Source of the DNA: Promethearchaeota archaeon
Lineage (GTDB): Archaea; Asgardarchaeota; Lokiarchaeia; Sigyniarchaeales; SOKP01
DNA length: 64,000 bases
Direction: 5' to 3'
NCBI GenBank assembly: GCA_018238625.1
Contig: JABCSY010000004.1
Location: 1-64,000 of the forward strand
In this document: positions 10,063-20,580 of the stretch, one piece after another
How the letters are laid out: each line of letters begins with the position of its first letter
Position numbering within the stretch: position 1 is the stretch's first letter
Notes under the pieces: model-generated
What the model was told of the DNA's origin: nothing
Database searches by the model: none
What the model saw: the letters and a program-made list of their open reading frames with translations, nothing else
Program-made: the position numbers and the translations under genes

Positions 10063-11211
10063 ATGGATTTTTCGTTAACTGAAAAGCAGAAAATGATCAA
10101 AAAAATAACTCGTGAATTTGCAGAAGAATATATTGCTCCGGTGGCACAAGAGAGCGATCAAAAAGCTGAATTGGACCCAACTGTTTTAGAGAAGATGAAA
10201 GAATTGAAATACTTCGGTTCTTGTATTCCAGAAGAGTATGGAGGTGCTGGATTGCATAACGATACTATAAGTTTTGCGATTATAACTGAAGAGATCGGAC
10301 GAGTTGATGCGTCTTGGGCCATAACTACGGGCGTCCACGCGAGCGTGTGTGCTTATCCTATTTATAAGTTTGGAACTGAAGAACAAAAGCAAAAATTTCT
10401 AATTGACCTTGCGAAAGGTAATAAGATCGGTGCTTTTGCTTTAACCGAAGCGAATGCAGGTTCTGATGCTGGAGGCGTTCAGCTAACTGCAGAGAAAGAT
10501 GGAAATGAATATACACTAAACGGTAGTAAAATTTTTCAGACGAATGGCGGTATTGCAAAAACATTACTAGTTGTTGCAAGGACAGGTGGAGAAGATACCA
10601 GAAAAAAATTAACTGTCTTTATAGTAGATACAGATACACCTGGTTATTCAGTAGGTGTGAAAGAAGATAAGTTAGGTGTTCGAGCATCTAACACTTCTGA
10701 ATTGGTATTTCAAGACGTGAGAGTTCCCGAAGAAAACATATTGGGCGGACTTGGAAATGGATTTAGGATTGGCCTTCAAATCTTAGATTACGGTAGAATT
10801 AGCATAGCTTCTCAATGCGTAGGGCTAGGTCAAGCGTGTTTAGAAGCGTCTATTAAATACGCCAACGAGCGGGAACAATTTGGACGAAAAATATCGCGTT
10901 TTCAAGGAATTCAGTGGAAAATCGCTGATACGACAACTGATGTAGAATCAGCTCGGTTATTAACTTATAAAGCTGCGTGGATGTGCGATCAAGGAATGGA
11001 TTATGGATTATCGGGATCTATGGCTAAGCTTGTAGCTTCTGAAGCTGCGATGAAAGCAGCCCACCAAGCTGTTCAAATCCATGGCGGCTATGGTTTAATG
11101 AAAGCGTATGCGGTTGAGAGATATTTTCGGGACGCAAAGATGGGAGAAATCTACGAGGGTACGTCAGAGATACAAAGATTAGTTATCGCTAATCATATGT
11201 TAAGAAAATAA
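10063..11211 (+). CDS. Acyl-CoA dehydrogenase (butyryl-CoA DH-like)
   Basis: 'AFALTEANAGSD', 'LNGSKIF', 'R.QFGR.I..FQ.IQ', 'QIHGGYG', 'IYEGTSEIQR'. Confidence 0.95.
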   Translation: MDFSLTEKQKMIKKITREFAEEYIAPVAQESDQKAELDPTVLEKMKELKYFGSCIPEEYGGAGLHNDTISFAIITEEIGRVDASWAITTGVHASVCAYPIYKFGTEEQKQKFLIDLAKGNKIGAFALTEANAGSDAGGVQLTAEKDGNEYTLNGSKIFQTNGGIAKTLLVVARTGGEDTRKKLTVFIVDTDTPGYSVGVKEDKLGVRASNTSELVFQDVRVPEENILGGLGNGFRIGLQILDYGRISIASQCVGLGQACLEASIKYANEREQFGRKISRFQGIQWKIADTTTDVESARLLTYKAAWMCDQGMDYGLSGSMAKLVASEAAMKAAHQAVQIHGGYGLMKAYAVERYFRDAKMGEIYEGTSEIQRLVIANHMLRK

Positions 11212-11415
11212 TAATTAATTTTTTCAATTTTCTAATTTTTTGATATTTTATAGAGATTCTATTTTTAATTTTTTTAGATTTATTTCAAGTAAGCTCTAAA
11301 AAATCTATAACTTTGATAAATTTAATAAGATTTTATAATGTCTTTTAATAATTTGATATAACGTAATGAAGATTTAATTCTATCTAACTACATTAAAAAA
11401 TAGATATTTGAAACT

Positions 11416-12225
11416 ATGAAGATTTTTGTTTGTATTAAGCAAGTACCGGGTATTTCTGAGGTTAAAATTGACCCAAAAACCAATACATTAGTAAGAGAAG
11501 GAATACCTTCAATTATTAATCCACACGACAAGCATGCGATCGAATTAGGGCTTTCAATTAGAGAAAGTCATAGTGGAGAAGTGATCGCAATAAGCATGGG
11601 ACCACCCCAGACGGAGCAAGCCTTACGAGAGGTTTTATCAATGGGCGTCGATAAAGCGTACTTATTAACTGATAGAGCTTTTGCTGGGGCGGATACGCTA
11701 GCTACATCTCACACGTTAGCCTTAGCGATTAAAAAAATAATGAGAGAAGCAGATAAAGACGAGAAATACATTGTAATCTGTGGAACTCAAGCAATTGATG
11801 GGGATACTGCTCAAGTTGGACCAGAATTGGCAGAAGAGTTAGGAATCCCTCAAATAACATATGTATTAAAGTTTCAGTTAAAAGGCGAAGATCTTGTTGT
11901 TGTAGAGCGGGTGTTTAGAACTGAAGAGGTAGTTGTTATTGAAACAAAATTACCCGTATTAATTTCTGTATTAAAAAATATAAATAAGCCGCGAACACCA
12001 AGTATGGGAGGAATTGTAAAAGCTTATCATGAAAAGGAAGTTCATTTTTTAAATTCTGAAGATTTAAGCGCTAATAAAGCAGATATAGGATTAAACGGGT
12101 CGATGACGGAAGTTTGGAAAATATTTGTTCCTCAAAGAAAAGGAGATCATCTCATATTGGATGGCACTATAGAAGAAATGGTTTCAAAATTAGTTAATAA
12201 TCTGAAAGACGATAAAGTTTTGTGA
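11416..12225 (+). CDS. etfB: Electron transfer flavoprotein beta subunit
   Basis: 'VCIKQVP', 'AFAGADTLATS', 'G.QAIDGDTAQVGP'. Confidence 0.95.
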   Translation: MKIFVCIKQVPGISEVKIDPKTNTLVREGIPSIINPHDKHAIELGLSIRESHSGEVIAISMGPPQTEQALREVLSMGVDKAYLLTDRAFAGADTLATSHTLALAIKKIMREADKDEKYIVICGTQAIDGDTAQVGPELAEELGIPQITYVLKFQLKGEDLVVVERVFRTEEVVVIETKLPVLISVLKNINKPRTPSMGGIVKAYHEKEVHFLNSEDLSANKADIGLNGSMTEVWKIFVPQRKGDHLILDGTIEEMVSKLVNNLKDDKVL

Positions 12226-12239
12226 AAGGAGGTTTGAAA

Positions 12240-13433
12240 ATGAGTATTATTGTAGATAGCGATTTATGTGAAGGTTGTGGTGCCTGTATAACTTCGTGTC
12301 CTTACGGTGGCGTTGAAATTATCGAAGACATTGCTGTTTTTACTGAAGACTGTAATTTATGTGGGGCTTGTATAGAGTCATGCCCTGTAGATGCCATTAC
12401 ATTGGTACGGGCAGAAAGAATTGAAAAGGTAGATAAAACACAATATAAAGGAGTTTGGATAATAGCAGAACATTATAAAAACGAAATTCATAAAGTTGCG
12501 TTTCAGCTCTTAGGGAAGGGGCGAAAGTTATCAAACGCATTAAATGTGAATTTAACTCTTGTCATATTAGGAGATAAATTTGACGATAAACTGGAAGAGA
12601 TTGGTGAATACGGTGCGGACGAAATTATATACATTAAATCGGCAATATTTAAAAACTATTATTCGGACTTGTATGTAAATGTATTAACTGATTTAATTAC
12701 TGATTATAGGCCGGAGATTATATTAATAGGAGCTACTCCAACAGGAAGAGATTTTGCCCCAAGAGTTGCTAAGCGAATAAACGCGGGATTGACAGCAGAT
12801 TGTACGGGGTTAGATATCGAAGAGGAAACGGGTAATTTGATGCAGACGAGACCTACATTTGGTGGAAATATTATGGCAACCATCCGTACGCCTTCGAGCA
12901 GACCACAAATGGCAACTGTGAGACCTGGTACTTTCAAGGTTGACAAAACTTCTAAAAAGAAAGTAAGAATTATTAAAATCGAAAAGGAATTTAAAGAAAA
13001 AGATACTTTAACTAAAATCATAAAGATCATAGCAAAACAAAAGGAGAAAGTCAATCTAGAAGACGCCGAAATAATTGTTACTGGAGGGAGAGGCGTTGGT
13101 TCAATGGAAGGGTTTAAAATTATTGAGGAATTGGCTAGTGTCTTAGGAGCAGAACTGGGAGGTTCGAGAGTTCCAGTAGAACTAAATTGGTTAGGCGAAG
13201 ATAGACAAGTTGGGCAAACTGGAAAAACCGTTTCTCCAAAACTCTATATTGCATGCGGAATTTCGGGAGCGATCCAACATTTAGTAGGGATGCAAAATTC
13301 AGAAATTATCGTTGCAATCAATAAAGATCCACTTGCTCCAATTTTTCAAGTAGCTCACTATGGAATCGTTGGCGATTTACATAAAGTTGTACCTGCTTTG
13401 ATTGAAGAACTTAAAAAGACTAAATCTGAGTAG
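12240..13433 (+). CDS. etfA: Electron transfer flavoprotein alpha subunit with N-terminal 2x[4Fe-4S] ferredoxin
   Basis: Two CxxCxxCxxxCP motifs, 'GLTADCT', 'QVGQTGKTVSPKLYIACGISGAIQHLVGM'. ATG at 12240 follows GGAGG. Confidence 0.95.
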   Translation: MSIIVDSDLCEGCGACITSCPYGGVEIIEDIAVFTEDCNLCGACIESCPVDAITLVRAERIEKVDKTQYKGVWIIAEHYKNEIHKVAFQLLGKGRKLSNALNVNLTLVILGDKFDDKLEEIGEYGADEIIYIKSAIFKNYYSDLYVNVLTDLITDYRPEIILIGATPTGRDFAPRVAKRINAGLTADCTGLDIEEETGNLMQTRPTFGGNIMATIRTPSSRPQMATVRPGTFKVDKTSKKKVRIIKIEKEFKEKDTLTKIIKIIAKQKEKVNLEDAEIIVTGGRGVGSMEGFKIIEELASVLGAELGGSRVPVELNWLGEDRQVGQTGKTVSPKLYIACGISGAIQHLVGMQNSEIIVAINKDPLAPIFQVAHYGIVGDLHKVVPALIEELKKTKSE

Positions 13434-13477
13434 GATTATAAAAAAAATAAAAATAAAATAATTTCGTTAATTCGATT

Positions 13478-14269
13478 TTAGACTTTATCTAGACGGCCAC
13501 CGTTTATTCCTATGACCTCTCCATTCATAAACCACGCAGCATCGCTGCACAAAAATAATATTACTTGAGAAACATATTTCGATTCCCCTATTCCTAAAGG
13601 AATTCTTCCTGAGTAATATTTTCTCCATTTTCCTTCTTGTTTACTTAGTAATTCACCAAGAATCGGAGTTTCGATAAGTGTAGGCATAATTGCATGAGAT
13701 TTAATATTGTATCGAATTAATTCTAATCCAGCAGTTTTAACCATTCCAATCATCCCAGATTTAGCTGCAGCATAATTCAATTGACCAATATTTCCCTCAG
13801 CAGCTTGACTACTAATCGTAATTACTCGTCTATCGGGATAATCAGCGATCTTTTCTTTTGGATTTTCCTTACAATAAGATATCCATCGTTTAGCACACGC
13901 TTGTAGAGTTAAGTAAAACCCTTTAAGGTGAGTATTTATCACATCGTCCCAATATTCTTCTGATAATTTGTGTATCATTCCATCCTTTAAAATACCGGCA
14001 GAATGAACTAGAAAATCAACCGTTCCATATTTCTCAAAGGTTTTATTTACCCCCGCTTCGACCGAATCAGATTTTCGTACGTCCCCCTCAATAAATAGGA
14101 CGTCTCCGCCTGCGTCTTTGATTTCTTTCTCAACGCGCAACCCATTTTCTTTATCAAAATCAAATATTACCACTTTTGCTCCTTCAGTTGCGAAATCTTT
14201 AGCGGTTCTTTCTGCCAAGCCTGAAGCTCCACCCGTGAGAAAAGCTACTTTACCATCAAATTTACCCAT
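13478..14269 (-). CDS. SDR oxidoreductase (3-oxoacyl/acetoacetyl-CoA reductase-like)
   Basis: 'TGGASGL' and 'NIGQLNYAAAKSG' (YxxxK). Confidence 0.9.
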   Translation of the reverse strand: MGKFDGKVAFLTGGASGLAERTAKDFATEGAKVVIFDFDKENGLRVEKEIKDAGGDVLFIEGDVRKSDSVEAGVNKTFEKYGTVDFLVHSAGILKDGMIHKLSEEYWDDVINTHLKGFYLTLQACAKRWISYCKENPKEKIADYPDRRVITISSQAAEGNIGQLNYAAAKSGMIGMVKTAGLELIRYNIKSHAIMPTLIETPILGELLSKQEGKWRKYYSGRIPLGIGESKYVSQVILFLCSDAAWFMNGEVIGINGGRLDKV

Positions 14270-15273
14270 TTTATTCGACCTCGAGTTTAATTTTTTTTTT
14301 GTATTTTTTGTTATTTAATTTACTTCAATATAAATTTGAAGAATAATAAGAATTTAAAATTTTTATTATTTAAAATAATTCATTTAGATCTAGATTACGA
14401 TCTATAATTATATCGCGGACTTTTGTTTTGGCTCGTATTATATTTTAAATTGATGAATAAAATAATATTTTTGCTACAATTTTCTTTCCATTTACGATTA
14501 AAAAGGAATTACAAGGCGTAAGAAAAAAAAGATTAAGTAATGGAATGCGAATATATTTAGCGGGAAAAACTCATTCGTGGAGGAATAAATTATGGGCTAA
14601 AATAGGAACATTCCACTACAAATATCGATTTTCGATATTCTATCATAATAAAGATCATTCAGATATAAAAATATTTCGAAAAATTCGCTAATTTTACAAA
14701 CGCTCTATTTGAATATTCAATAAATTTACATGTTATAAGTTGGTTTGAAATAATATCTATGTTATTTTATCTATATAATCTTAGAATTAAATATAATTGC
14801 TAAGATAACTCATAATTTTAATTAAAAAAAAATATTTTTCTCGAATTTCATGGGACAAAAATCAATTTATTTCAAAAATATTATCCAAATTAGTGTACAA
14901 AATTTTTGATCGCTAAGAATAAAATTGTAAAATGTACGATTTTATTAAGAACTTAATAAGGAAAAAGGCGTCATAAAATGTGAGATTAATACATCGTACT
15001 CATATGTGGGATTTTTTTAATTTTCTAATTGTTTTCTATTTGATTTGTAGCTTATCTTTTTTCATTATACTAGTGCATATGTTATAGTTTAGTGTTAGAC
15101 ATTTTTTTTCAAATTATTTGTGATTAAATTTGATTTATTAAAATCTTTTAACCTATGAATGGGATAATAATGGGAACCTATTATCGTAAATAACGAATAT
15201 TTTAATTAAATTTAAGAAGCTAATTAAAATTATTAAAGATAGTGAAACTCTTAATTTTTAACGAACTTTAACC

Positions 15274-15894
15274 ATGGAAATTAAAAGTTATAATTTATTA
15301 AATGTAGGGGTGGGTGGCCAAGGTGTTATCCGAGCAGCGCAAATTCTTTCATATGCGGCTTTATTGGAGAAATATAAAGTGAGAACTGCAGAAACACATG
15401 GCATGGCCCAGAGAGGTGGATCAGTTGCGTCATATCTTCGATTTGGTACTGAAGTGGAAGGTCCACTTGTTCCACGAGGGAAAACCGATACTATTTTGGC
15501 TTTTGAAGCAAGTGAGGCAGCTAGGATTTTTAATTATGCTGGACCACAAACTGTCTTTTTAATAAATAAAAACATCATTATCCCACCTGTGATTCATCAA
15601 ATGAATATGGACTATCCAAACATAAAACAGATAAGCGAATTTTTGAAGAATGTTTCTCAAAACATATATTTTATAAATGCTGATGAGATGGCACTGAGTT
15701 TGGGGAATCCTCGAACCATGAATGTTGTAATGTTAGGCGTACTGTTAGGTTCAGAAGCTATACCCCTTAAAAAGGAGTCTCTTATACAAGCTATTTTAAG
15801 CTATCTCCCAACAAAAGTACACGATGTTAATAAAAAAGCATTTGAAGTGGGAATTGAAAAAGGAAAAAGCATAAGGAGGTATAATATTGAGTAA
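15274..15894 (+). CDS. iorB: Indolepyruvate:ferredoxin oxidoreductase beta subunit
   Basis: 'GVGGQG' and 'ETHGMAQRGGSV'. Confidence 0.92.
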   Translation: MEIKSYNLLNVGVGGQGVIRAAQILSYAALLEKYKVRTAETHGMAQRGGSVASYLRFGTEVEGPLVPRGKTDTILAFEASEAARIFNYAGPQTVFLINKNIIIPPVIHQMNMDYPNIKQISEFLKNVSQNIYFINADEMALSLGNPRTMNVVMLGVLLGSEAIPLKKESLIQAILSYLPTKVHDVNKKAFEVGIEKGKSIRRYNIE

Positions 15895-17794
15895 ACCATA
15901 CTACGCAGAAGACAATCCCGGAAAAAGAATCGTTATGTTAGGTAACGAAGCAATTGCTCGCGGAATTTTGGAAGCGGGCGTTGTCATTGGTGCGGGATAT
16001 CCTGGTACGCCATCTTCAGAGATATTACCTGCATTAGCTGAAATGCAAAAATATTTTCCACATCTCAAATTAGAATGGAGCATTAACGAAAAAGTAGGTT
16101 TTGAAGTAGCATACGGCGGATCTATGTCAAATGTACGCTCGGTTGCGGTAATGAAGCATGTTGGGTTGAATGTCGCGTCAGATGCATTTATGACGGCTTG
16201 CTACGCTGGGGCTCGAGGCGGAATGGTTGTGATCTCGGCAGATGACCCTAATTGCTATTCTTCTCAAAATGAACAGGATAATCGATATTTTGGGCTTCAC
16301 GCTTTAGTACCCGTCTTTGAACCTGCGACACCTCAAGAGGCAAAAGATATGATAAAATACGCTTTTGATTTTTCGGAAGAATATCACTCTTTAGTATTAT
16401 TTCGGACTACAACCAGGTTAAATCACGGAAGAGGAGACGTTATTCTTGGAGAGGTTAAAGAGATTAATCGCGATTACGGTTTTGATTGGGATCGTTCTAG
16501 ATGGGTTTGTTTGCCATCACACTCACGAGTTTTGCGTGTTAGATTGTTAGAAAGGTTAGAGGATATTTCTGAATTTGCTGACGAATTTCCTTTTAACTCG
16601 TTAAAATTATCAAAAGAGAAAATTAACGGTGTTAGATATGGATTTGTTGCTGCGGGCATACCATACTCTCAATTGCTAGATGCTCTCAATTATTTCGGTA
16701 TTACTAATAAAGTATCAATTTTAAAACTCGGGTTAGTTTATCCTCCACCTAAAAAACTAATTAAAAAATTACTTAAATCTACTGATGAAATTGTAGTCGT
16801 TGAAGAACTCGAACCTTTCCTTGAAAATATCATAAAGCAATTAGCATTCGAAGAAGGCATCTCAAATGAACTTAAAATTCATGGAAAAGACTTGTTTCCT
16901 CAAAATGGTGAATTCTCTGCAGAAATTTACTTAGAAAATATTGCTAGTTTGGTTGGATTGCCTTACGAAAAAGTTCCTGTACCAGAAAATATGATGATTA
17001 TACCTCCAAGGCTTCCCATTTTATGTCCTGGATGTGGTCATAGAGCAACTTTTTACGCAATTAAACAAGTAGAAAAAAAGATGAAAACTAAGTTCGTAAA
17101 TTCTTCTGATATTGGTTGTTACACGCTTGCAGTGTACAAACCCCTTGAAGGAATAGACACTGAAGTTTGTATGGGGGGCTCTATTGGTTTAGCAAACGGA
17201 ATTGCTAAAATACAACCGGAGAAAAATCCCGTGCTTGCAATATTAGGCGATTCCACATTCTTCCATTCTGGTATACCAGCTTTAATAAACGCTGTTTACA
17301 ACAAAAATAACATTTTAGTTGTTATTTTAGATAATAGGTCGACTAGTATGACGGGATTTCAAGACAATCCAGGTACAGGAATCACCCTCACAAAAGAACA
17401 GGGAATTCGCGTAATCATAGAAGATCTCGTAAAAGGATGTGGCGTATCTCCAGATAAGATTTGGGTAGAAGATTCCAACAATCTAAATAAAACTATAGAA
17501 AAGCTAGAAATAGCTGTTAAGGCTGAAGGTGTTCGAGTTTTTATTTCTAGACACTTATGTTCTTTAGTAGAAGCTAATCAATTTCGGGTACAACATATAG
17601 AACCACCCATAGTAAAAGTAGATCAAGACAAATGCGTTGGGTGTCTTATATGTGTTAATAAATTCGGATGTTCTGCGCTAAATTTTGATGATAGTGAAAA
17701 AAAAGTAACAATCGATCAAGCTATTTGTAGGGGGTGTAAAGTGTGTATCGAAGTTTGCCCTCACGATGCAATATATGAGGAGATTGAATCTTAA
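15887..17794 (+). CDS. iorA: Indolepyruvate:ferredoxin oxidoreductase alpha subunit
   Basis: 'LGNEAIARG', 'YPGTPSSE', 'MKHVGLNVA', 'CPGCGHR', 'DIGCYTL', 'GDSTFFHSG', C-terminal ferredoxin. Confidence 0.95.
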   Translation: MSKPYYAEDNPGKRIVMLGNEAIARGILEAGVVIGAGYPGTPSSEILPALAEMQKYFPHLKLEWSINEKVGFEVAYGGSMSNVRSVAVMKHVGLNVASDAFMTACYAGARGGMVVISADDPNCYSSQNEQDNRYFGLHALVPVFEPATPQEAKDMIKYAFDFSEEYHSLVLFRTTTRLNHGRGDVILGEVKEINRDYGFDWDRSRWVCLPSHSRVLRVRLLERLEDISEFADEFPFNSLKLSKEKINGVRYGFVAAGIPYSQLLDALNYFGITNKVSILKLGLVYPPPKKLIKKLLKSTDEIVVVEELEPFLENIIKQLAFEEGISNELKIHGKDLFPQNGEFSAEIYLENIASLVGLPYEKVPVPENMMIIPPRLPILCPGCGHRATFYAIKQVEKKMKTKFVNSSDIGCYTLAVYKPLEGIDTEVCMGGSIGLANGIAKIQPEKNPVLAILGDSTFFHSGIPALINAVYNKNNILVVILDNRSTSMTGFQDNPGTGITLTKEQGIRVIIEDLVKGCGVSPDKIWVEDSNNLNKTIEKLEIAVKAEGVRVFISRHLCSLVEANQFRVQHIEPPIVKVDQDKCVGCLICVNKFGCSALNFDDSEKKVTIDQAICRGCKVCIEVCPHDAIYEEIES

Positions 17795-19159
17795 ATGCAT
17801 AATTTTTTTTTTCCGAAAAGTATAGCAGTAATAGGGGCAACCGCAAATCCTAGAAAGTTCGGAAACGCAGTTACGATTAATATTTTAAAGAACAAAAATT
17901 TAGAAAGCAAATTGTTTCTTGTAACTCAAAAAAGCACCGAAATTTTAGGATTAAAATGCTATAAAAGTATACTAGATGTCCCAAAAGATGTGGATCTCGC
18001 GATAATTTTAGTCCCTGCAAAAGCAGTTGATGGAGTAATAAACCAATGCATAGAAAAGCAAGTAAAAGGTATAATAATAGTTACTGCTGGTTTTGGGGAA
18101 ATTAATCAAGAAGGTAAAAAAGCGGAAAAAAGAATCGCAGAAAAATGTACAGAAGTGGGCATTCGAGTTATGGGACCTAATTGTGTAGGCATACAAAACA
18201 CAGACATAGGACTTAACGCTTCTTTTATTCAAGCAGCGCCCCACGGAAATATTAGCATGATTAGCCAATCTGGTTCGTTCGGATGTGCCAGTTTTTATGC
18301 GATGGAGAGAGAAAGTCTCGGATGTTCAAAATTCGCAAATATTGGAAATAATGTTGACATTTCTTTTGTCGAAGTTCTTGAATTTTTTAGGGAAGATCCT
18401 AACAGTCGAATCATTTGTATTTACATGGAAACGATTGAAGATGGAAGAGATTTTTTAAAAGCTTTAAAATCTATTGTTCCTATTAAACCAATTATTGTCT
18501 TAAAAGGAGGAAGAACTTCATCTGGAATGAAGGCGGCAAGTAGCCACACAGGTTCGATAGCAACTAATTATAAAATGTTGAAAACATCCATTAAACAAGC
18601 TGGAGCAATACTATGCGAAAATGCTTCCGATTTTATTACAGCTTTGAAAACATTCTCTTTTTTACCAGTTCCTAAAGGTGAAAAGATAGGAGTGTTAACT
18701 AATAGTGGAGGGAGCTCTGTTCTTTTCAGTGATAAAGCGGAAGAATTTAATTTAAAACTAGTAGAATTCTCTGATACACTTAAAGAAAGAATATCGCCTC
18801 ACCTTATATCCTTAGTAAAGATAGAGAACCCACTTGATATGATAGGTGTTGCTGGTGAGGAACAGTATTACGAAATAACCAAAGCCATGTTAGAAGATTC
18901 AGAAATAGATATAGTTGTTCCTTGTTTGGTAGTACCCCCTTTCTTAGAAATGAAATCTGACGAGCATTATCGTGGAATGATAAAAGCTTGGAACCAAACT
19001 GGGAGGTTAAAACCTATTATACCTTTAATTTTTTTTGGAGAAGATTTTGAAGATCTAAAGAAATTTGCTAAAAAAGAAAAAGCACCAATTTTTTATACGC
19101 CTCACGAAGCGGCTTACGCCACAAAAATTTTAGTAGAACGATTGAAACTGAAAATGTAA
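17795..19159 (+). CDS. acdA: Acyl/acetyl-CoA synthetase (ADP-forming) alpha subunit
   Basis: 'PKSIAVIGA', 'MGPNCVG', 'SQSG', 'AASSHTGS' phospho-His motif, 'NPLD'. Confidence 0.88.
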   Translation: MHNFFFPKSIAVIGATANPRKFGNAVTINILKNKNLESKLFLVTQKSTEILGLKCYKSILDVPKDVDLAIILVPAKAVDGVINQCIEKQVKGIIIVTAGFGEINQEGKKAEKRIAEKCTEVGIRVMGPNCVGIQNTDIGLNASFIQAAPHGNISMISQSGSFGCASFYAMERESLGCSKFANIGNNVDISFVEVLEFFREDPNSRIICIYMETIEDGRDFLKALKSIVPIKPIIVLKGGRTSSGMKAASSHTGSIATNYKMLKTSIKQAGAILCENASDFITALKTFSFLPVPKGEKIGVLTNSGGSSVLFSDKAEEFNLKLVEFSDTLKERISPHLISLVKIENPLDMIGVAGEEQYYEITKAMLEDSEIDIVVPCLVVPPFLEMKSDEHYRGMIKAWNQTGRLKPIIPLIFFGEDFEDLKKFAKKEKAPIFYTPHEAAYATKILVERLKLKM

Positions 19160-19191
19160 AGTGGAATTCTTAAAAAAAGTAGTTTTTTAAA

Positions 19192-19617
19192 CTATTGTTC
19201 AAAATCTTCTACTAGATCAAAGCCATTCTTTTTTAACACTTCAAACCCATTTTCGTTATCGTCTAATCTTAATACTGTCACAGTTTTACTTTCTGACGAT
19301 TTTTCGGCAAATGTATATAAATATTCAATGTTAACTTTATTATCTCCAAGAGTTTTAGCAATGTTATACAATTGAGAGATGTTATCCGTAAGCCTTACTG
19401 CTATAACTTCTGTAACTGAATGCATATAATCGTTATCTTCTAATAACTCTACGCATTTCTCAAATGGTTTGACTAAAAGCAATAATAATCCATAATCTTC
19501 TGTTTCGGCAACAGTTATAGATTTGATATATATTTTATTTTCCATAAGGAATTCGAAGAAATTGGCTAGTTGTCTTGGTTCGTTAGGGAGAAAAACAGAG
19601 ATTTGTTTGAGTTTCAT
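19192..19617 (-). CDS. Double ACT-domain protein
   Basis: 'KQISVFLPNEP', 'AETEDYGLL', 'VNIEYLYTF'. This family is typically found next to ior/paaK genes. Confidence 0.85.
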   Translation of the reverse strand: MKLKQISVFLPNEPRQLANFFEFLMENKIYIKSITVAETEDYGLLLLLVKPFEKCVELLEDNDYMHSVTEVIAVRLTDNISQLYNIAKTLGDNKVNIEYLYTFAEKSSESKTVTVLRLDDNENGFEVLKKNGFDLVEDFEQ

Positions 19618-19825
19618 TTTTTAATCAAATTATGTTGATTTTTATTTGAAATATTATCTTAAATGATAATTGTACTTAATTAAATTACGTTTAAAAATGA
19701 TACTGAAATAGCGAAAATTGGAATTTTTTAAAGATCTCACTTAATTTTTTAAATGTAATTTACTTCTGGATTCATGAAGCGAAATTTCATTTATTTAAAT
19801 CTTAACAGAATAATTTTGGAGAAAA

Positions 19826-20563
19826 GTGGAAAATATGATTAATTGGGAGGACAAATTTAATGAGCAATTAACATGGACTGCTGAATTAAGAGATAGTTTA
19901 TATGAAAAAGCAGAATTCTCTCATAAAAATCAATTATTAGAAATAGGCTGTAAAACTGGTGAATTACTGAAAGAAATTGGAATAAAATATAATTTAAAAC
20001 TATTCGGTATAGATAAGAATAAAAATAAAATTGAATACGCAAGTGGTAACTTAGAGAAAAATCTTATCGATGCAAAGCTCGAAACGATGGATATATTAAA
20101 TAATAACTTTGAAGATAACTTTTTTGATGTTGTTATTACTTATTGTTATTTCTTGTGGGAAATGGACTTAAATTATATTTTAGCGGAAATTCATAGAATT
20201 TTGAAACATAACGGAGTTTTTTTGATTTTTGGTGAGCCTGATTTTGGAGGAATTATTGAATATCCTGATACGGGATTAAAAAAAGAGTTATATAATAGCC
20301 TTAAAAATTCAGGAGCAGACCCCGAAATAGGAAGGAAGATACCTCAATATTTTGTAAATAAATTTAGACTCGTGGAACATTTTTGTTCGAGTTTTCCATG
20401 GATCCCAAGCATAAATAGAGCCAGTTTAGTTAACGATTTAGAACTTTACATAAATAATTTAAATACTAAAAAATTTAATTCAGTTTTGATTATACAAAGT
20501 ATAGAAAGTGATAAATATTTTTTATTTATCCCAATATTTGGTTATTATCTTAAGAAGATTTAA
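19826..20563 (+). CDS. Class I SAM-dependent methyltransferase
   Basis: 'LLEIGCKTG', 'FEDNFFDVV', 'EIHRILKHNG', 'EPDFGG.IEYP'. Confidence 0.85.
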   Translation: MENMINWEDKFNEQLTWTAELRDSLYEKAEFSHKNQLLEIGCKTGELLKEIGIKYNLKLFGIDKNKNKIEYASGNLEKNLIDAKLETMDILNNNFEDNFFDVVITYCYFLWEMDLNYILAEIHRILKHNGVFLIFGEPDFGGIIEYPDTGLKKELYNSLKNSGADPEIGRKIPQYFVNKFRLVEHFCSSFPWIPSINRASLVNDLELYINNLNTKKFNSVLIIQSIESDKYFLFIPIFGYYLKKI

Positions 20564-20580
20564 AGAATTGATAAAAATTA

